Positions 12,600 through 25,945 of a stretch of DNA of 64,000 nt are shown piece after piece. The notes under the pieces are model-generated. The model had not been told where the DNA came from. It made no database searches and saw only the letters and a program-made list of their open reading frames with translations. Location: positions 521,638 to 585,637 of the forward strand of contig WELB01000011.1 in the NCBI GenBank assembly GCA_009602725.1, in the 5' to 3' direction. A program made the translations under genes and the position numbers. The stretch is from Spirogloea muscicola. Lineage: Eukaryota. Numbering within the stretch: the stretch's first letter is position 1; every line of letters begins with the position of its first letter.

Positions 12600-13240
12600 C
12601 TCGCTCATAGAAAAGAGGGGCTGGCAGAAGCCAGCCAAAAAAGAATGGACAGAAACCAAAGAGCCAGGGGAAGCGCTAAGAGAAACAAGCACAATAAGAA
12701 ACAAAACAGCTACGAATGACTCAATAACCCCTGCCAAGAGTACCTCTATGTGCTGTCTCGTGGTTACTGAGCGGGTTAGCTTAGCAGCAGGTGATGTACA
12801 TTTGTCATTGTGCTTGCCTTTGTACTTAGCCAAACATGGCCTCCCCATCTCTTGATACACACGCATTTTCCTGCTAAGCAGGCTCAGGTCAGCTAGGCTC
12901 CTGGAAGTGGGTCCTCTGGCCGAGCACTTTCTCTGGCCAGAGCCAGAGGCAGCAGCGAGGGCTCTGCCGGCAAGCAGGTGCAGCGCGCGGGCCATAGACC
13001 TCTGCAGCGAGACGGTCAAGCGCATACGTTACAGCTGCGACCCGGCTGCAGGAAAGTCCACCGGCTCCCCATGGAAGCGGCGAACGATGGCGTGGCGAGC
13101 GAGCTGGTTGAGCAGCTCGAGCCACCGAGCGCCCAACGCCCCATGCGTATCGACAGCCAGCCGGAAGAACTCGTCTTCCGCCGCGGCCATAAAAGCCCCT
13201 CTCTTTCTATACATGCGCACCACTAGCTTTTCTTCTTGCA
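12600..13240 (-). mobile_element. 5'-truncated CRE-type retrotransposon, family B, interrupted by two nested insertions
   Basis: FFRLAVDTHGALGARWLELLNQLA..RMRLTVSLQRSMARALHLLAGRALAAASGSGQ (RLE C-terminus, in-frame stop), followed by the family-B 3' UTR with the GGCTGGC..CCAGCCCC hairpin. Confidence 0.8.
12739..12869 (+). mobile_element. Nested 3' fragment of an A-related CRE family (A') with 9-bp target-site duplication
   Basis: Encodes LYVLSRGY* plus an A-like UTR. Flanked by CCTGCCAAG (12730-12738) and CCTGCTAAG (12870-12878). Confidence 0.75.
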
Positions 13241-13330
13241 CTAGCTTTTGCATGAGCTTTTTGCCTGAACAGTGAATTAGCCTGAAATGGCTACCCTTTC
13301 GTTTCATGAGCAGTGCGCGCCTTCTCTCTC

Positions 13331-14670
13331 TTTCGGTCGCAGGCCGTGGGAATGGAAAAGCAGCTCTTGCACATGCCGATGGCTGTGCGAGGCCAGCCCA
13401 AGTTGGATTGCAGTTCTTACCCTCCGGTCGTTGGAGCAGACGACGCAAGCAGCCTTCCTGGGCTGCTGGCACCAGATCGCCTCCCTGCTCCCCATGCGCT
13501 TCCCTTGCCTCCACGACCCTGTACGCAATGTGGAGGAAGGCTCCTTCCCTTTCCAAGCGGATCTGAGGAGCATCCGCGACTCAGCCATCAGCTCTTTCCC
13601 CTCTCTCCAACCCCTACTCACGCCATCTCCACCCTCGCCCAAGCTTCTGATAGAGGAGCACAATTCAGACTGATTACGGCAGTGGAAGACGAACGCCGCA
13701 GAAGGTTGAGGAGGCTGCCAGAGATTCAGAACAATCCAAGGAGCTTGGCAAGACTTACTTCTCTGGCCACACCTGGTGCCACTGACTGGATCACCACTCC
13801 CCCCGTCGCCAACGCCTTCAGCATCAGCTCCGAGGCCTTTCAGACGTCGCTTCAACTCTTCCTCGGCCTCCCACCTAATTGCCTGATCAGGGTGCGCCAG
13901 TGCGAGTGCGGCTTCCGTGCAGAGGGTGCTGAGCTCGCCACTCACATGCTGAGATGCCGCACTGGACCAGAAATGGTGGGCATTCACAACCTCCTTCGCA
14001 ATGCCCTGGCGGGCTCGATGCGCGACGCCGGCTACCATGCAGTCGTGGAAGTCAAGAATATCATGCCTATCACCACGGACGCCCAGGGACGTCATCATCG
14101 CTGCACACTTGACATTGTGGGCGTGCAACCTGGTGGGGGACGGGCCCTGGTCGACGTTGTTGTTACGGAGGCATATAAAGGCCCAGCATCGATACATCGC
14201 TGGGCACGCAGTGGGCGGTGCGGAACAAAGACAACTGCGGCACTACTCCGATTACCCCGAATGCGATCAGCTCCTGCCTGCGGCAATCGACATCTTTGGC
14301 TGTCTGGGTCCTCGTTTCCACACTCTCCTTCAGAACATTGCAAATCTAGGCTACACTCGACGTGCAGATGTGTTTCCGGCTGAGATGGGCTTGCCAGCTG
14401 CATATCTGTCGCTCTTGCGACGACGAGTTTCGGCCTATTTGCAGCGTGCTCAGGCTAGTGCCTTGCACCAGAAAGCTGGGCGAGCTCTAGTTGGTGGCAG
14501 AAGGGCTCCATTTCTGGCATCTAGTATTCATGAATCGATTAGTGACCTTTATGTTTTGACCCGTGGTTATTGAGCGGGTCAATCTGCTGTAGGTTATGTA
14601 GATCTTTGGATGTGCTTGCCTATTTACTTGGCCATTTGGCCTACATTAGTTTCTGATACACGGAATTGAT
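13331..14670 (+). mobile_element. 5'-truncated, frameshifted CRE-clade non-LTR retrotransposon, family A (thumb, CCHC zinc knuckle and RLE; RT core missing)
   Basis: LRSLEQTTQAAFLGCW; ARLTSLATPGATDWITTPP..FQTSLQLFLGLP; CECG..HMLRC..HNLLRNAL; VVE..TLDIV..LVDVVVTE; AEQRQLRHY; PAAIDIFGCLG; RRRVSAYLQRAQA; ISDLYVLTRGY* at 14571-14573. Several frame changes. Confidence 0.88.
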
Positions 14671-15248
14671 TTTCTGGGGGAGCCACATTCTTTGATTGCA
14701 GGGGAGAGACTCGCGCCGACTGAGTCGATACTTTGGGCATGGCCTGTCACAGCCGGTGCCCCTCGTGAGAGCTCCTCCTTTATTGCATAACACGACAAGC
14801 CCTTCCAAAAGGAGAGAGTAACAATGGAGGAATAATCGGAGCAGAGACGAGTGCTTCTTGCCCACGAGGAGAGGAGTCCTAGGCCTTTTCTGCGTATTAG
14901 CATGCGCAAGACAATGGCTGCGCAAGCTGGAAAGAGAGCCGCTGACGATGTCAGGGCAGCAGCAACCAATCTAACAAGGAGAAGGCTTGACCTAGCTGCG
15001 GGTCAGGAAGCTTTTAGGAGCCCGCAACGTCAGCTCTTCTTAGATGCTCCTTCCCTCCCTCCAGAAGTTGCACAAGCTAGCAGTGTACCTTCCAAGCCTA
15101 CACACAGTGTGCACCTACGGCTATTCGAGGAATGAAGAACAGGGGATTGGCAACCAAGAGCGTTGCGAAATAAAGGAAGGCGCTGCCTGGCATTCGCGAC
15201 CAGGCGCGCACACAGGTCTAGCTATCAACAAACCCAGCTGTAACGTCG

Positions 15249-18200
15249 TCAATTCCGTAGGGAGCGGCGGTGTCGGAGGCGGTACTTGTGTCCCCGGGCA
15301 ATGTGCGCTCGCCGCTTGACCCTCCATGCTCGTAACCGGGCCGCAGCCTGGCGCCGGCGGTCGTTGAACCTCCTCAACATCACCTCATGAGCCTGCTGCC
15401 GCTGCATGTACTTCGTGACGAGCACTGGGGCGAGTGGCGCTGCCACTGCTATTGGCGGCCCGTCCATGATGGCCGTAGTCCCCGCCAAAGGTGGCTGAAT
15501 TCGGGGAGGCGGCGGTGAGGGGCTTGCGGGGCTCGGTACCAATACAGCGACCAATAAAGGCGGCGGTGGAACGGCAAAGGGCGGCGGGGTGTAAGAAGCC
15601 AATGGATATAGATCCGAGTGCCCCAGCGGCAGGCCCCCGAGCCATCCGTCCGCCCCGATGAACGCATATGTCAGGAACGGCGCGGCTTGGTCGTCGGTCA
15701 GGTCGTAGCTGAAGCTCGCCCGCTCTTTGACGGCCTGCTCGACTGTCGGGCCCCAGCAGTTGTACTGCACATGTATGTCAAGGACATGTCGGCACACCAT
15801 GAGCAGGTATATCAATCACGCCAACCTTCTACAGACAAGAGTTTGCAACACATCTGAAGTACTGTCATCTGCTTCAGAAGATTTGACTTCTGCAGCATAT
15901 GAGGAACAATGCACGTCAAGGAGAAGATTCTTATTGCTGGATTCATGTGTGGCTGAGCTTGGTAGCTCAGATAGCACATTGTCTCGTACTAACAAGCTCC
16001 TGTTATTACGACAATCATTTCTGCAGGTATTGCAAGTATTGGGGGCAGGCAGAGGTGCCTCACCACCCCGTAAAAGATGGCTGCTGTGTCATCGTTGTAC
16101 GTCCATGACGACCACCCGCCGGGCTGCAAAATGGTGTCGAAAAATGTGTAGGCGAAGACCACTCGGCTGGCCGATCCCCATGCTCGGCCCAGAAATACCT
16201 GGCGAGGCACACATCAATAGTCTTATATTAGTATCCTCCAATGCTGTACAAATATCTGTGACTTGAAAGATTGAGCAATGCTACTGATGAAGTCGTGTTG
16301 CGGCGTGTCCTGTCTTTAGTGGCTTGAGCAGAAGGAAGCCACACAGCTTCGGAGGCACCAGTGTGCCCCACCTCATTGACCCCAGAGACATTGCACCGAA
16401 GAAACACAAAGCCAGTCGGCAGCGACGGACTGTTCCGGTTCTGAGCGGTGATGGTTCCCCACCCTGTTCCCTTAGTCCTCAAAGTGCACTCCTGCCATCA
16501 AGTCGGAGTAGCAGAGGTCTGGCCCTCAGTCACGAGGGCCAAATTGCGTGGCAGGTTGCTCTGATTACAACAAGTGCAGCCCCTGCAAAGTGACCATGAG
16601 AGTTGTCTGTGTTCACCACTTTGACTGTCGTACCTCGTATATTGATGTTCCATTGCCTAAGATGAAGTCTACGGAGCCCTCTACATAGCAATTGCGGAAA
16701 TAATGTCGACCCTGCAGTGTCCCGCCAAGGTCCAAAGCTACACTACAACTCAGCAGCAGATGTCTGGCAATCCATCACAGAATGTTCTTGGTCTCCTACT
16801 GATGATTGTCAACATATAATAATGACTTCTGGAGTATGAGAGTCACCTGGTGATCACACAAGGTGTCCTGCCAGCTCACGAATGCGCAGTTGAAGAAGGC
16901 AGCGGCATCCCCGGTGACCCGGACGGCGCTCGCCTGGCCCAGCTTTGAACCCCAAGATGGCTCTGGAGAATCGTTCTGCGAGGCATCAAGAAAGACGATG
17001 TACTTAACAGACAAGTCCCAAGCACACAGACTGCAACACCTCACTGCCGGCTTTGAGGGCATGAGAGTGGATGATACAAGCCTCTGGCTAGCATGCATGG
17101 GCTCGTAGCCAAAAGGTGGACCAAAGTGATGTTGCACCAAACAATGGGCAATGGGTGTCTAACCACGGACCCTGATTACAAGGCCACTGGCGATGAAGTG
17201 GTCTGCGTCAACACACAGCGTGCATGATAAGAACGTGGTGATGGGCTGCCCGTCCACGATCTCACCCGCGTAGTCAGACCAGGTTATGATGGTTGAGCCC
17301 GCCCCTGATCCCTGCAGCGTCACGAATGGGACGCTCCACGGCACGACCACCTTCTCCCTGCAGCGCATGAGACATCAGGACCATAGAAACTGATGACTAA
17401 TAGCTTTCCTAAGCAACCTATGCAATCAGCCAATCCTGAGGGCGTTCAATACAGGATCAAAAATAGGACAACAACTTAACCAAGGCAGCGCACTCTGTGT
17501 CGTGTGAAGCAGCATGATATAAAGGAATTTGTAAGACCATTACTTGCCATGTTAGGCTGCATGTGTGTGGGAGCTTTCGTTCACATGCTTCTGATGTTGT
17601 TGTGAAGAAGTAGGGAGGATGGCATGCACGACTCTGCAGACTGATTGAGGCAGAGGGGAGCTGCAGCTAGGGCCTGTGCTTAGCATCTCTGGAAAGCGCA
17701 GGGACAGTAGCGCAGGGACAGTCCTGCTCACTTATAAACGCCCGGCTTGACAGTGATCACAACTCGCTCGACATTTTGGAACGGCACCTGTGCAAGCGCC
17801 TCGCTGATGGACGAATACTGACCCGACCCATCCTGTGCGACAACGTAGCTGCCTCACAGACATCATTGCTTGTCTTCCCGTCAGTAAGTAGTGGAATCCC
17901 AACCACCTTGGCAACCCAAAATGCCAATTTGCATCATTGGCTGCACTTGACAGCAAGAAGAGGACTAGCAGCGACCCTGTGCTACTTTTGGCAGGTGGTA
18001 TAGTTTGTGACTAAAAGTACCGAGTCTATGTCTACAGACATGATGACGACCTGGCACCGCCGGCTACACCAAAGGCGTCCCCCCACCCGGGCACCATGCT
18101 CTCCTGACTCCCAGCTGCTCCCAACCTGCGGCGGAGGCGCTCGTCATGCCGCTCGCCCACCTGCAGGTGCCGTGACAAGCAGCAAGGCGTTCTGTTAGCC

Positions 18201-18728
18201 AGAGGCGGCACGACCCTTGTTGCGCTGTGTGTACCAAGCTTCCCTTACTCGGCTGAGTTTCACAGCTACACTTTCATGATCAGCAGTCACTTCTTTACTG
18301 CACATTGTGATGTTTCAGTATTGCATCAAGGCGGGATGCAAGACGTCCAGCCTCTCAGCTTCGGAGTTGGGGACTCACGGCAGTCAGCCACGCAGGGAAG
18401 CCCGTGCTGGCAGCTCCCTGCGGATCCTCCAAGGGTGGGCTGCCTCGCAGCTCGATCCCAAGCTGGCCACTTCTGGCAATGGCCCCCGCGACCGCATTAT
18501 CTCCTGTTAGTCACAATGGCGCACACCATAGCGAAGCGCGTGAGACCAGCTGCCGTAAGCCCGTCCTCCTCCATCGTGGCTGGCGGGCAGCGCGTGACGG
18601 CGGGCCGAACCTGCTGCCGCGGCCGCCGCCAAGTTGGCGTAGCAGCACGCGAGCACGACGGCGGAAGCTGCGCACGAAGCGGCCGCCAGCAATGGAGGCG
18701 CCACAGGCCTCCGCCCGGAGGCCCCCAT
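15249..18728 (-). CDS. Pectin methylesterase (pectinesterase, CE8) without PMEI pro-domain, with Pro-rich/basic C-terminal tail
   Basis: Signal-like [122 protein letters not shown]. The catalytic QDTL/DF motifs are intact. Confidence 0.92.
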
Positions 18729-20082
18729 GGCTGCGCTGCTGAGCGGGCCGCGCTCGTCTCGGCAGCAGCACTTGCTAAAGATGGCCCAGCGGCCGGGCCG
18801 CCTTCAGTGCGCCCTTGGAGCCTCGGGGGCCCGCCGGCGATCCCCCAGCAGCAGCAGCCTTGGCGATAGCGGCCCGCCCACGGAGGAGGCTTAGGCCGCA
18901 GCTCGGCTGCGGAAGCGGCACGGGCAGCGGAGCTCAGGCCCGCGGCTGCTGTCGCCAAGCGAGCCCTCTGCGCGAGCGTCCCGGACGTGAGGCACCGCAG
19001 CCGGCGAGGGGGCCGGCGTTGCTGTGGCTGGCGATGTGGGCGGGCTTGCACTGTCAGCTGCGACGAGTTGAAGGAGGGAGGGAGCTGGGGGGGGGGGGGG
19101 GGGGGGGGAGGGAGCGCGCGGGGGAGGGAGCGGAGCCCCAGCCACCCAAAGGGAGGGNNNNNNNNNNNNNNNNNNNNNNNNNNNNNNNNNNNNNNNNNNN
19201 NNNNNNNNNNNNNNNNNNNNNNNNNNNNNNNNNNNNNNNNNNNNNNNNNNNNNNNNNNNNNNNNNNNNNNNNNNNNNNNNNNNNNNNNNNNNNNNNNNNN
19301 NNNNNNNNNNNNNNNNNNNNNNNNNNNNNNNNNNNNNNNNNNNNNNNNNNNNNNNNNNNNNNNNNNNNNNNNNNNNNNNNNNNNNNNNNNNNNNNNNNNN
19401 NNNNNNNNNNNNNNNNNNNNNNNNNNNNNNNNNNNNNNNNNNNNNNNNNNNNNNNNNNNNNNNNNNNNNNNNNNNNNNNNNNNNNNNNNNNNNNNNNNNN
19501 NNNNNNNNNNNNNNNNNNNNNNNNNNNNNNNNNNNNNNNNNNNNNNNNNNNNNNNNNNNNNNNNNNNNNNNCCTCCCCCTCCCTCCCCCTCCCTCCATCC
19601 CTCCCTCCCTCTCCCAGCACGCCCTCCCTCTCCCCCCCTCCCTCCCTCTTCGGCTCCGCGGACGGGGGGAGGAGGTGGGCGCACTGGAGGGAGGGGGGCG
19701 CTTTTTGTCGCTTGCCGTTGCGGCCCGGGAAGCCGTTGGCAACGGGGGGCAACCCCCGCCTCTGCTTCTTTCTCCTGGAGCCCACAGCTAGGGCTCCGCT
19801 TGCGGTCCGGTTCTGGTGCTGAACCAACAGAGGCTTGTCGTCGGCGGGGCTTGCGGGCGTCCGTAGCAACAGTCAATATGTATTCCTTGTCATTACTTTG
19901 TTTCTTTTCTTTTTGTGCATTCAACACTTTCTGGGTCTCGTCGGGATGCCTCTTTTCCAGTTTCTTCCTCCCACCTGATGCTTGCATAGGGCTATGTTAT
20001 GTTGCTCTCGATTCGATTTTGCGCCTTCCGGCCATTTCACTCCTTAGCCATTCCGGCCTCTTACAGCCGTTGCCTCACATTG

Positions 20083-20590
20083 GAAGAAAGTGCTCGCCCA
20101 TCGAGGATAGGGGCTGGAAAAGCCATCCCACAAAAGAATGAACAGAGTACGAGAAGGGGGCCAGGGGCCTGGAAGAGCTGTTTCTTCCAGGGGCCAGGGC
20201 CAGCCCCTCTTCTCAATGGGCGAGCACCTTCTTTCAGGGGACCCACTTCCAGGAGCCTAGCATCTCTGATCTGCAGCTGCTTAGCAGGGGTTACTGAGTG
20301 ATTCGTAGCTGCATTGTTTCTTTTTGTGCTTGTTTTTCTTAGCGCTTCCTCTGGCACCCTTCTCGTACTTTGTCCATTCTTTTTGGGCTTTTCCAGCCCC
20401 TATCCTCAGTGAGCGAGCACTTTCTTCTTGTGTCTTCTCAGGCCCCTTCGGACCTTGTCCACCTCTCCTCCTCCGGGCTGGCCTTTCACAGCCTTTTGGG
20501 CTCATTTGGACCTTGTCAATTGCTTTTAGGGCTGGCTTTTCACAGAGCCATCGCTCCCTGTGGAAGAGCTCACTTCTCCTTTCACAATTG
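20083..20590. mobile_element. Nest of CRE-type retroelement 3' fragments (family B in both orientations, family D)
   Basis: B(-) 20083-20168; B(+) end 20205-20232; B(+) 20234-20430 encoding QGTHFQEPSISDLQLLSRGY* plus UTR ending GAGCACTTTCTTCTT; D-like GGGCTGGC(C/T)TTTCACAG units 20440-20585. Confidence 0.82.
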
Positions 20591-21222
20591 CTAGGTAATG
20601 CAAAGGAGTGCCTTTCAGTCTGGCAGCTCCAGCTTCAGCCCCGCGTCAGTGTTAGCAATTCATTCAGAAATGCATCTGAAGCTGCAGCTCATGCACTCAG
20701 GAGATTGAAGCAAATGCTGCAGCGGCACACAATTTCTGCCCTTTGACCAAGTTAGCTGCCAATCACTACTTCGTCCAAGTAGGAGATGCTACCATTCACT
20801 CACATGATTCTTGAGAGGCTAGGTGAGTGGTGCAAAATGCTCTTATGAATATCGGAATGGACGATGAGACACCAGAGACTCACGGGGCTCACCAGAGAGA
20901 ATGAGACTCACATGAACCAACATAGACAAAGATCACCTTGATTGCTAGTGCACAAACGTCATGGAGACAAATAACCTGATGACAACGTTCTACATACTTG
21001 CATACACACGCTGCAGCCATAGGCACCTCCAGCCCACCACCAGCAGCTTCGTCTTGGAAAGGATGCCAGACTCAGGCAGAGACACACCTGGTTGGTCCTT
21101 TCAAATGAGCCAATTGGCTCAAGTAAAAGACCCATGGGTGGCTCACCATGCAAGTGGCTTTTAACATCCACAACAAGGACTGGACAGGCACAAAGCTATT
21201 ACAGCTCATCATCAGAAAACCA

Positions 21223-24200
21223 TTATCGCCGTGAATCTCTGGCCATGCCAAAATGCAGAAAAGAGTCAGCCCTGCTATACTCCTTGAACAGATAGTCATC
21301 TCTTGGAGGGTTGCTCGGAACCCTGCCTTCGCTGTAACAATGGCTGCAGATGCTGAATCCTGCAGAAATTTCTTTGTATCGCAACCCAACAATTGGATGC
21401 GAGCAGACGGCACATGATTGCCTTCCATGTCTTACCCTGCAAGAACCCACAAATAAGACGCTGTGATTGAGTGACATCGACTAGCAAACTACCATACCTG
21501 CTCATGTCTACCAGTTGCAACTTGAGCAGGAAACTGTGAGCAACGTGGTGGAGAACATACATCATGTTCCAAGTCTACCTGTCATCTTCCTCCAACTTGA
21601 TAAGAGTAGGCAGGATTGGGAATGCTTGGCTGAAGAGTTCGTCAAAGGCAGCATAGGAGATGACGTTGATGTCCTCGTTAGGGCTGCTGGGCAGGTCATG
21701 AATTTGATCGTGCTGAATTGTAAGGTATACTTGATGGAGAAGCTGGAAATAAGCCTTGGCAGCTGGTAGGCCTAGCACACCAGAGGCCCTGCCAACCTTC
21801 CAAGACAGAGCATTGAACGCACACTGCTTCCGCTGATCAGGGGTGCCAGAGCAGAGGGGGGCAATAATTGCCAAGAACATTCCAAGGTCCAACTTGCCAC
21901 TGCCACATTAGCAAGAGCCGAGCTTGTGGCATGAGCAGTTTGCGTCATCATAAATTATAGTATAAGAGAAATTAAAGTGATTGTGCATTCCTGGTATATA
22001 TATAAGAGGGGAGTACTTCTTGTGGGGGAGGGGGCGTGAGTTGATGACCATGGGCAAAGAACAACAATGCTCAAGCCTTTAGGCACATACTGTATGCATC
22101 GTGCTTTAGGCAAGCAAGACTCTAAGCGAGATATCAAGTTGCTACCAAAGAAGTGCATAGTACCACATAAGCTTTAGCAGAAGGTAAGCAGTCCATGCAA
22201 CAATGTTGTGGGGTGTGGAGACAATAGACCTACCTTTTGTCATCCAGAAGTGCAAATATACGGACATTCAAGGCCCGTATGGCCTGTTGGAAGAGCTGTG
22301 GACTCAACTTTGGCAAAAGCGCTCTACATATCTTCTCCATGGAGGCCTTGTTCAGCATTCTGTCGGAAGATGGTGTTAAACTATGGCTCTGCAGCCCACC
22401 ATTTACAGCTTCCGCTAGTACTGTGTGCAGTCGTGTTTGCTTCTGCAGCAGATGCATGACTCACAACAAGCAGTCAGCAACAGCAGTTGATGCCTTAGCC
22501 GATACATATAGTTGATGAAACAGCAAATGCGATTGCCACTGCGGCTGCCTTCCAGATGTAAGAAGGCTGTTGGCATCTTAACAACAATTGTGCGATTGTT
22601 GCACCTGAAAAGAGCGCACATCCAAGGCAGCTCCAAGTTCCTTCGGTGGCGTGGTTTCAACAGAGTTCTGCTTCATCCTAGAAAGATCAACTACAACAGA
22701 GGTAGACTCCAATGCTCGTCTCTGTTGGCGCTCAGCCTCTGACCCCGTAGGAGATGCATCTGGGACACTGCACCAAGCAAGCTGTTAACTCCAACGGGAA
22801 AGACATTCCTGAAGATAAAAAGTGCGGAATCTGGATGCTAACTACGGACCTTTGAGTGGTCAGCGCAGCATTGCACTACTTTGCAGCTCCCAACAGTCCA
22901 AGCAAAGTTCATCAACTGTAAGGCCACCACTGGAGAGGCTACTACAGGCCTCCTTAACCTGCCTGTTCAGCATAGAAGATAGCGCCTTGTTCTTCTTTGA
23001 GGCACGCTTCAGCTGCTGGATTGCGTCATATAGCTCCACTCTATCAGTCATCTGGAAAGCTGACTGCACATGCAACAAGGAGGAGTTACATCACAAAGTA
23101 CACATGCCTTGCACAAAGATACATGCACGTTGAGCAAGAAACCACGACATCTTGATCAATGCCATCTTGTGCTTATGGGAAAGGAGGAAACATGGACCTG
23201 GAATGAAGTATGAGACTCCTCTACCCGGCCAGCACCTAACAAAGCCACTGCCCTATTCAGCTCTGCTTTCCAGTTGTCTGGCTGCCTAGCTAGGACCCTG
23301 TTGTATGCATCTGCAGCTGCGATGTAGTTCCCGTTGTCGCTGCACAGAGCAGGGTAATGCACCACTCAAGAACGAATCACCTTGACCATGAGCAGCTTCT
23401 TGAAGTGCATGGTGCCACATCAGCTATAGAGCAGAACAGAGTAGATGGTGAAACGCCCAATAAGATAAGCTTTCAGCACTTCGTGTAATGGAACATACCT
23501 GTACAGCTGCCCGAGGTTGTACATGGCGTCTAGATGGACAGGCTGGAGCTCATTAGCCCGCTCAAACTCCTCTCTAGCTCGTTCTGTATCCCCAAGAGCG
23601 TGCAACGTGGAGCCCAGGTCGCAGTGAGCATCTGCAAAGTTTGGCTGCAAAATACCAATCTACCCTGAGTACTGGGCAGCTTTCTGCAGTGAGCTGGGCA
23701 AGCAAGATTTGCCAGCAAGTCAAGGAACTTCAGAAGAAGCGAGCATTCTCTACAATGACATGCCAGATATGTGCATAAGCAGAGTAAAAATGTGCATCTT
23801 GTGAGATGACACAGAGCATACATGCAGAAGAGGTTATTGTAAGTAGGAAGCTTGAGATGCTGACCTCAAGATAGAGGGCATGCTGGAGCGATTGCTCAGC
23901 TGCTCGATAATCTCCAAGTCCAAATTGAGCACTGCCGAGCAGCTTGAGTGCCCGATGATGCTGGGGCGACAGGATGGCAGCCTCTTGGTACTGCTCACAG
24001 GCATTGGCTAGCATGCCCTCTGTCTCTAGCGCTATGCCCATATTTACATAGACCTGGCTTGCAATGCAGAAGACGGACGCACTGTTGGCAAAGGTAAGCT
24101 GTCCTCTGAGCCCGCATGCATGTCTTAGCATGTCTTCCACCACTTAAAGCAAAAAGGTGTAAATGAAATAAGCCTGCCCGTCCAACTGCAGATCAATAGC

Positions 24201-25945
24201 AGATGTAAGGCACTTGCACATGAAAATGACAGAATACAGTAGAATGAAGAGTCTTTAAATTTGAAGTCTAAGCCACACCTCACCTGCGGGATGATCCCTG
24301 CATAAAGGTGAGGTTGTTCCCTGCCTGTATCTAGCGCCTGCTGGTAGGCCACCTTGGCTTCTCCAACTTTGCCGCAAGAGAAGAGGGCGTTCCCTGTCCT
24401 AAAGTGAGCCCGAGCGTCCCCTGGCATGAGCTGCTGAGCCCTCTGGAAGCTGAGAAGGGCCTCCTGTGGGAGTCCCCTGTCATCCAGGATCTTTCCCATT
24501 GCCATGTGGCCCTCGAATGCAGCTTCTGAACACGCTATAACAAGCGCAGTGAGGAGAAACTCCAGAGATTGCACACCTTAGTCCTTGTGGAGTAATAGGC
24601 AAGGTGTGATGCTGACCCAGCTGCCATGCTTTCAACATTGTTGAGATCATACAAGCACCTGTTGAAGCGGCTCCATCTGCACGAGCGCGAAGAGGTGCAA
24701 GCTCCTTCACCAAGACTGGGGTGTAGGCTATCGTTCGAGGTTGGAGATCCACAGCGTCGTGTCCATGTGCATTCTCGGCCGGCCTGTGACCATCCTGGAC
24801 AACTGTCAATTACTCGACATTGTCTGGTAGTTCACCTACATCGTGCAGCTCGAGTTGTGTAGGCATGATGATCGAAGCCAAATATGCAGTGTACCCAGCA
24901 GTCCAGCAGCCCAGCAGCAGGCCGTTATCACGCTGTTGCATCCTGGCACTGCAATGCGCTCTGGAGCAATGTCTCTAAGACTGCCTTAGAAAGAGTCCCC
25001 CGGCTTTTTCAAGTGCTGGCAAAGACAATCTACTAGTGAGAGCTGCCGCCAAAGTGGCCTCTCAGCTACCCCAAGAATAAGAGCTTTCCCAGAGTGCTTG
25101 AGAAGGAGAGCCAGAACGGCAGGACGGTCGTGCAGAAACGTACATAGCAACCTCGTGGCGCTTTAGAATGATCTCGAGATCCTCTAAGAGCAGCCATGTG
25201 GTCTCGAAGTGCGGCCCATCAGCGCCAGCCCCTCTTGCATCCACCACGGCAGGAAGACCAAGTGCAAGAGTCCCATTTAGGCTGGGAATGTGAGCTGGCA
25301 TGTCTGTCCACGACGCAAGCAAGCAGGCCAGACACAGTTAGTGCCTTTACTATCACTATCCCATGAGGAGAATGCTTGACTCAGCATGGAAAGGCTGCTA
25401 CAGCAACCCGGCTCTCTCGTCGCAGGTGAGAGCCATCTTCGCACACAATAGGCGGCTACAATGAAGTGCAAGCACGCTTTGGTACGCTCCGCGCGTCAAT
25501 ATTCCGTAATGGCCGCCCTTGCATCCCCGTTGCTTACTGCTCACTGGGCCCAGGCCGCTGCGCTGGTTGACCTACTGACAAGTTACGCCGCTTTGCTGCT
25601 CCTCTGGCTTGCTAGAATAGAGCTCTCACCATCGAGGTTCAGCTTTAGGGCGTCAAAGTCCCGGTTGACATCGCCTGCGCCGTCGTCGTATGTCTGGCGA
25701 AGGCCCGCGAGCGAGAGGCCCTTGTCATCGTCGATATATGGTCCATAGGTTCGGAAGACCTCGTCCAGGATGGCGGAGATTTGGTCCTCGGTGAACTTGA
25801 CGTTGGGGTTGACGGCCACGACGAGCGCCGACATCTCCTCGCGGTTGAGGCTGCCGTCGCCATTGGCGTCAAATTGCTGGAAGATGCGCGCAATCTTGCG
25901 GTCGCGCATGCTCGAAGGCATGAAGTCGCCGTTGGTGACCGTCAT
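21223..25945 (-). CDS. EF-hand plus TPR-repeat protein with C-terminal Cys-rich (ZZ-like) finger, At1g05150-like
   Basis: RIFQQFDANGDGSLNREEMSALVVAVNPNVKFTEDQISAILDEVFRTYG..TYDDGAGDVNRDFDAL; TPRs (AFEGHMAMG, VYVNMGIALETEG, ADAHCDLGSTLHALG, NWKAELNRAVALLGAG); CAVCSHPI..FSICSHCYSEGRVP..FKEY. Confidence 0.92.

Noticed and set aside
14675..15240. ORF 14851-15135 next to the family-A element
   Set aside because: No convincing homology. Probably PME 3' flank or highly decayed repeat.
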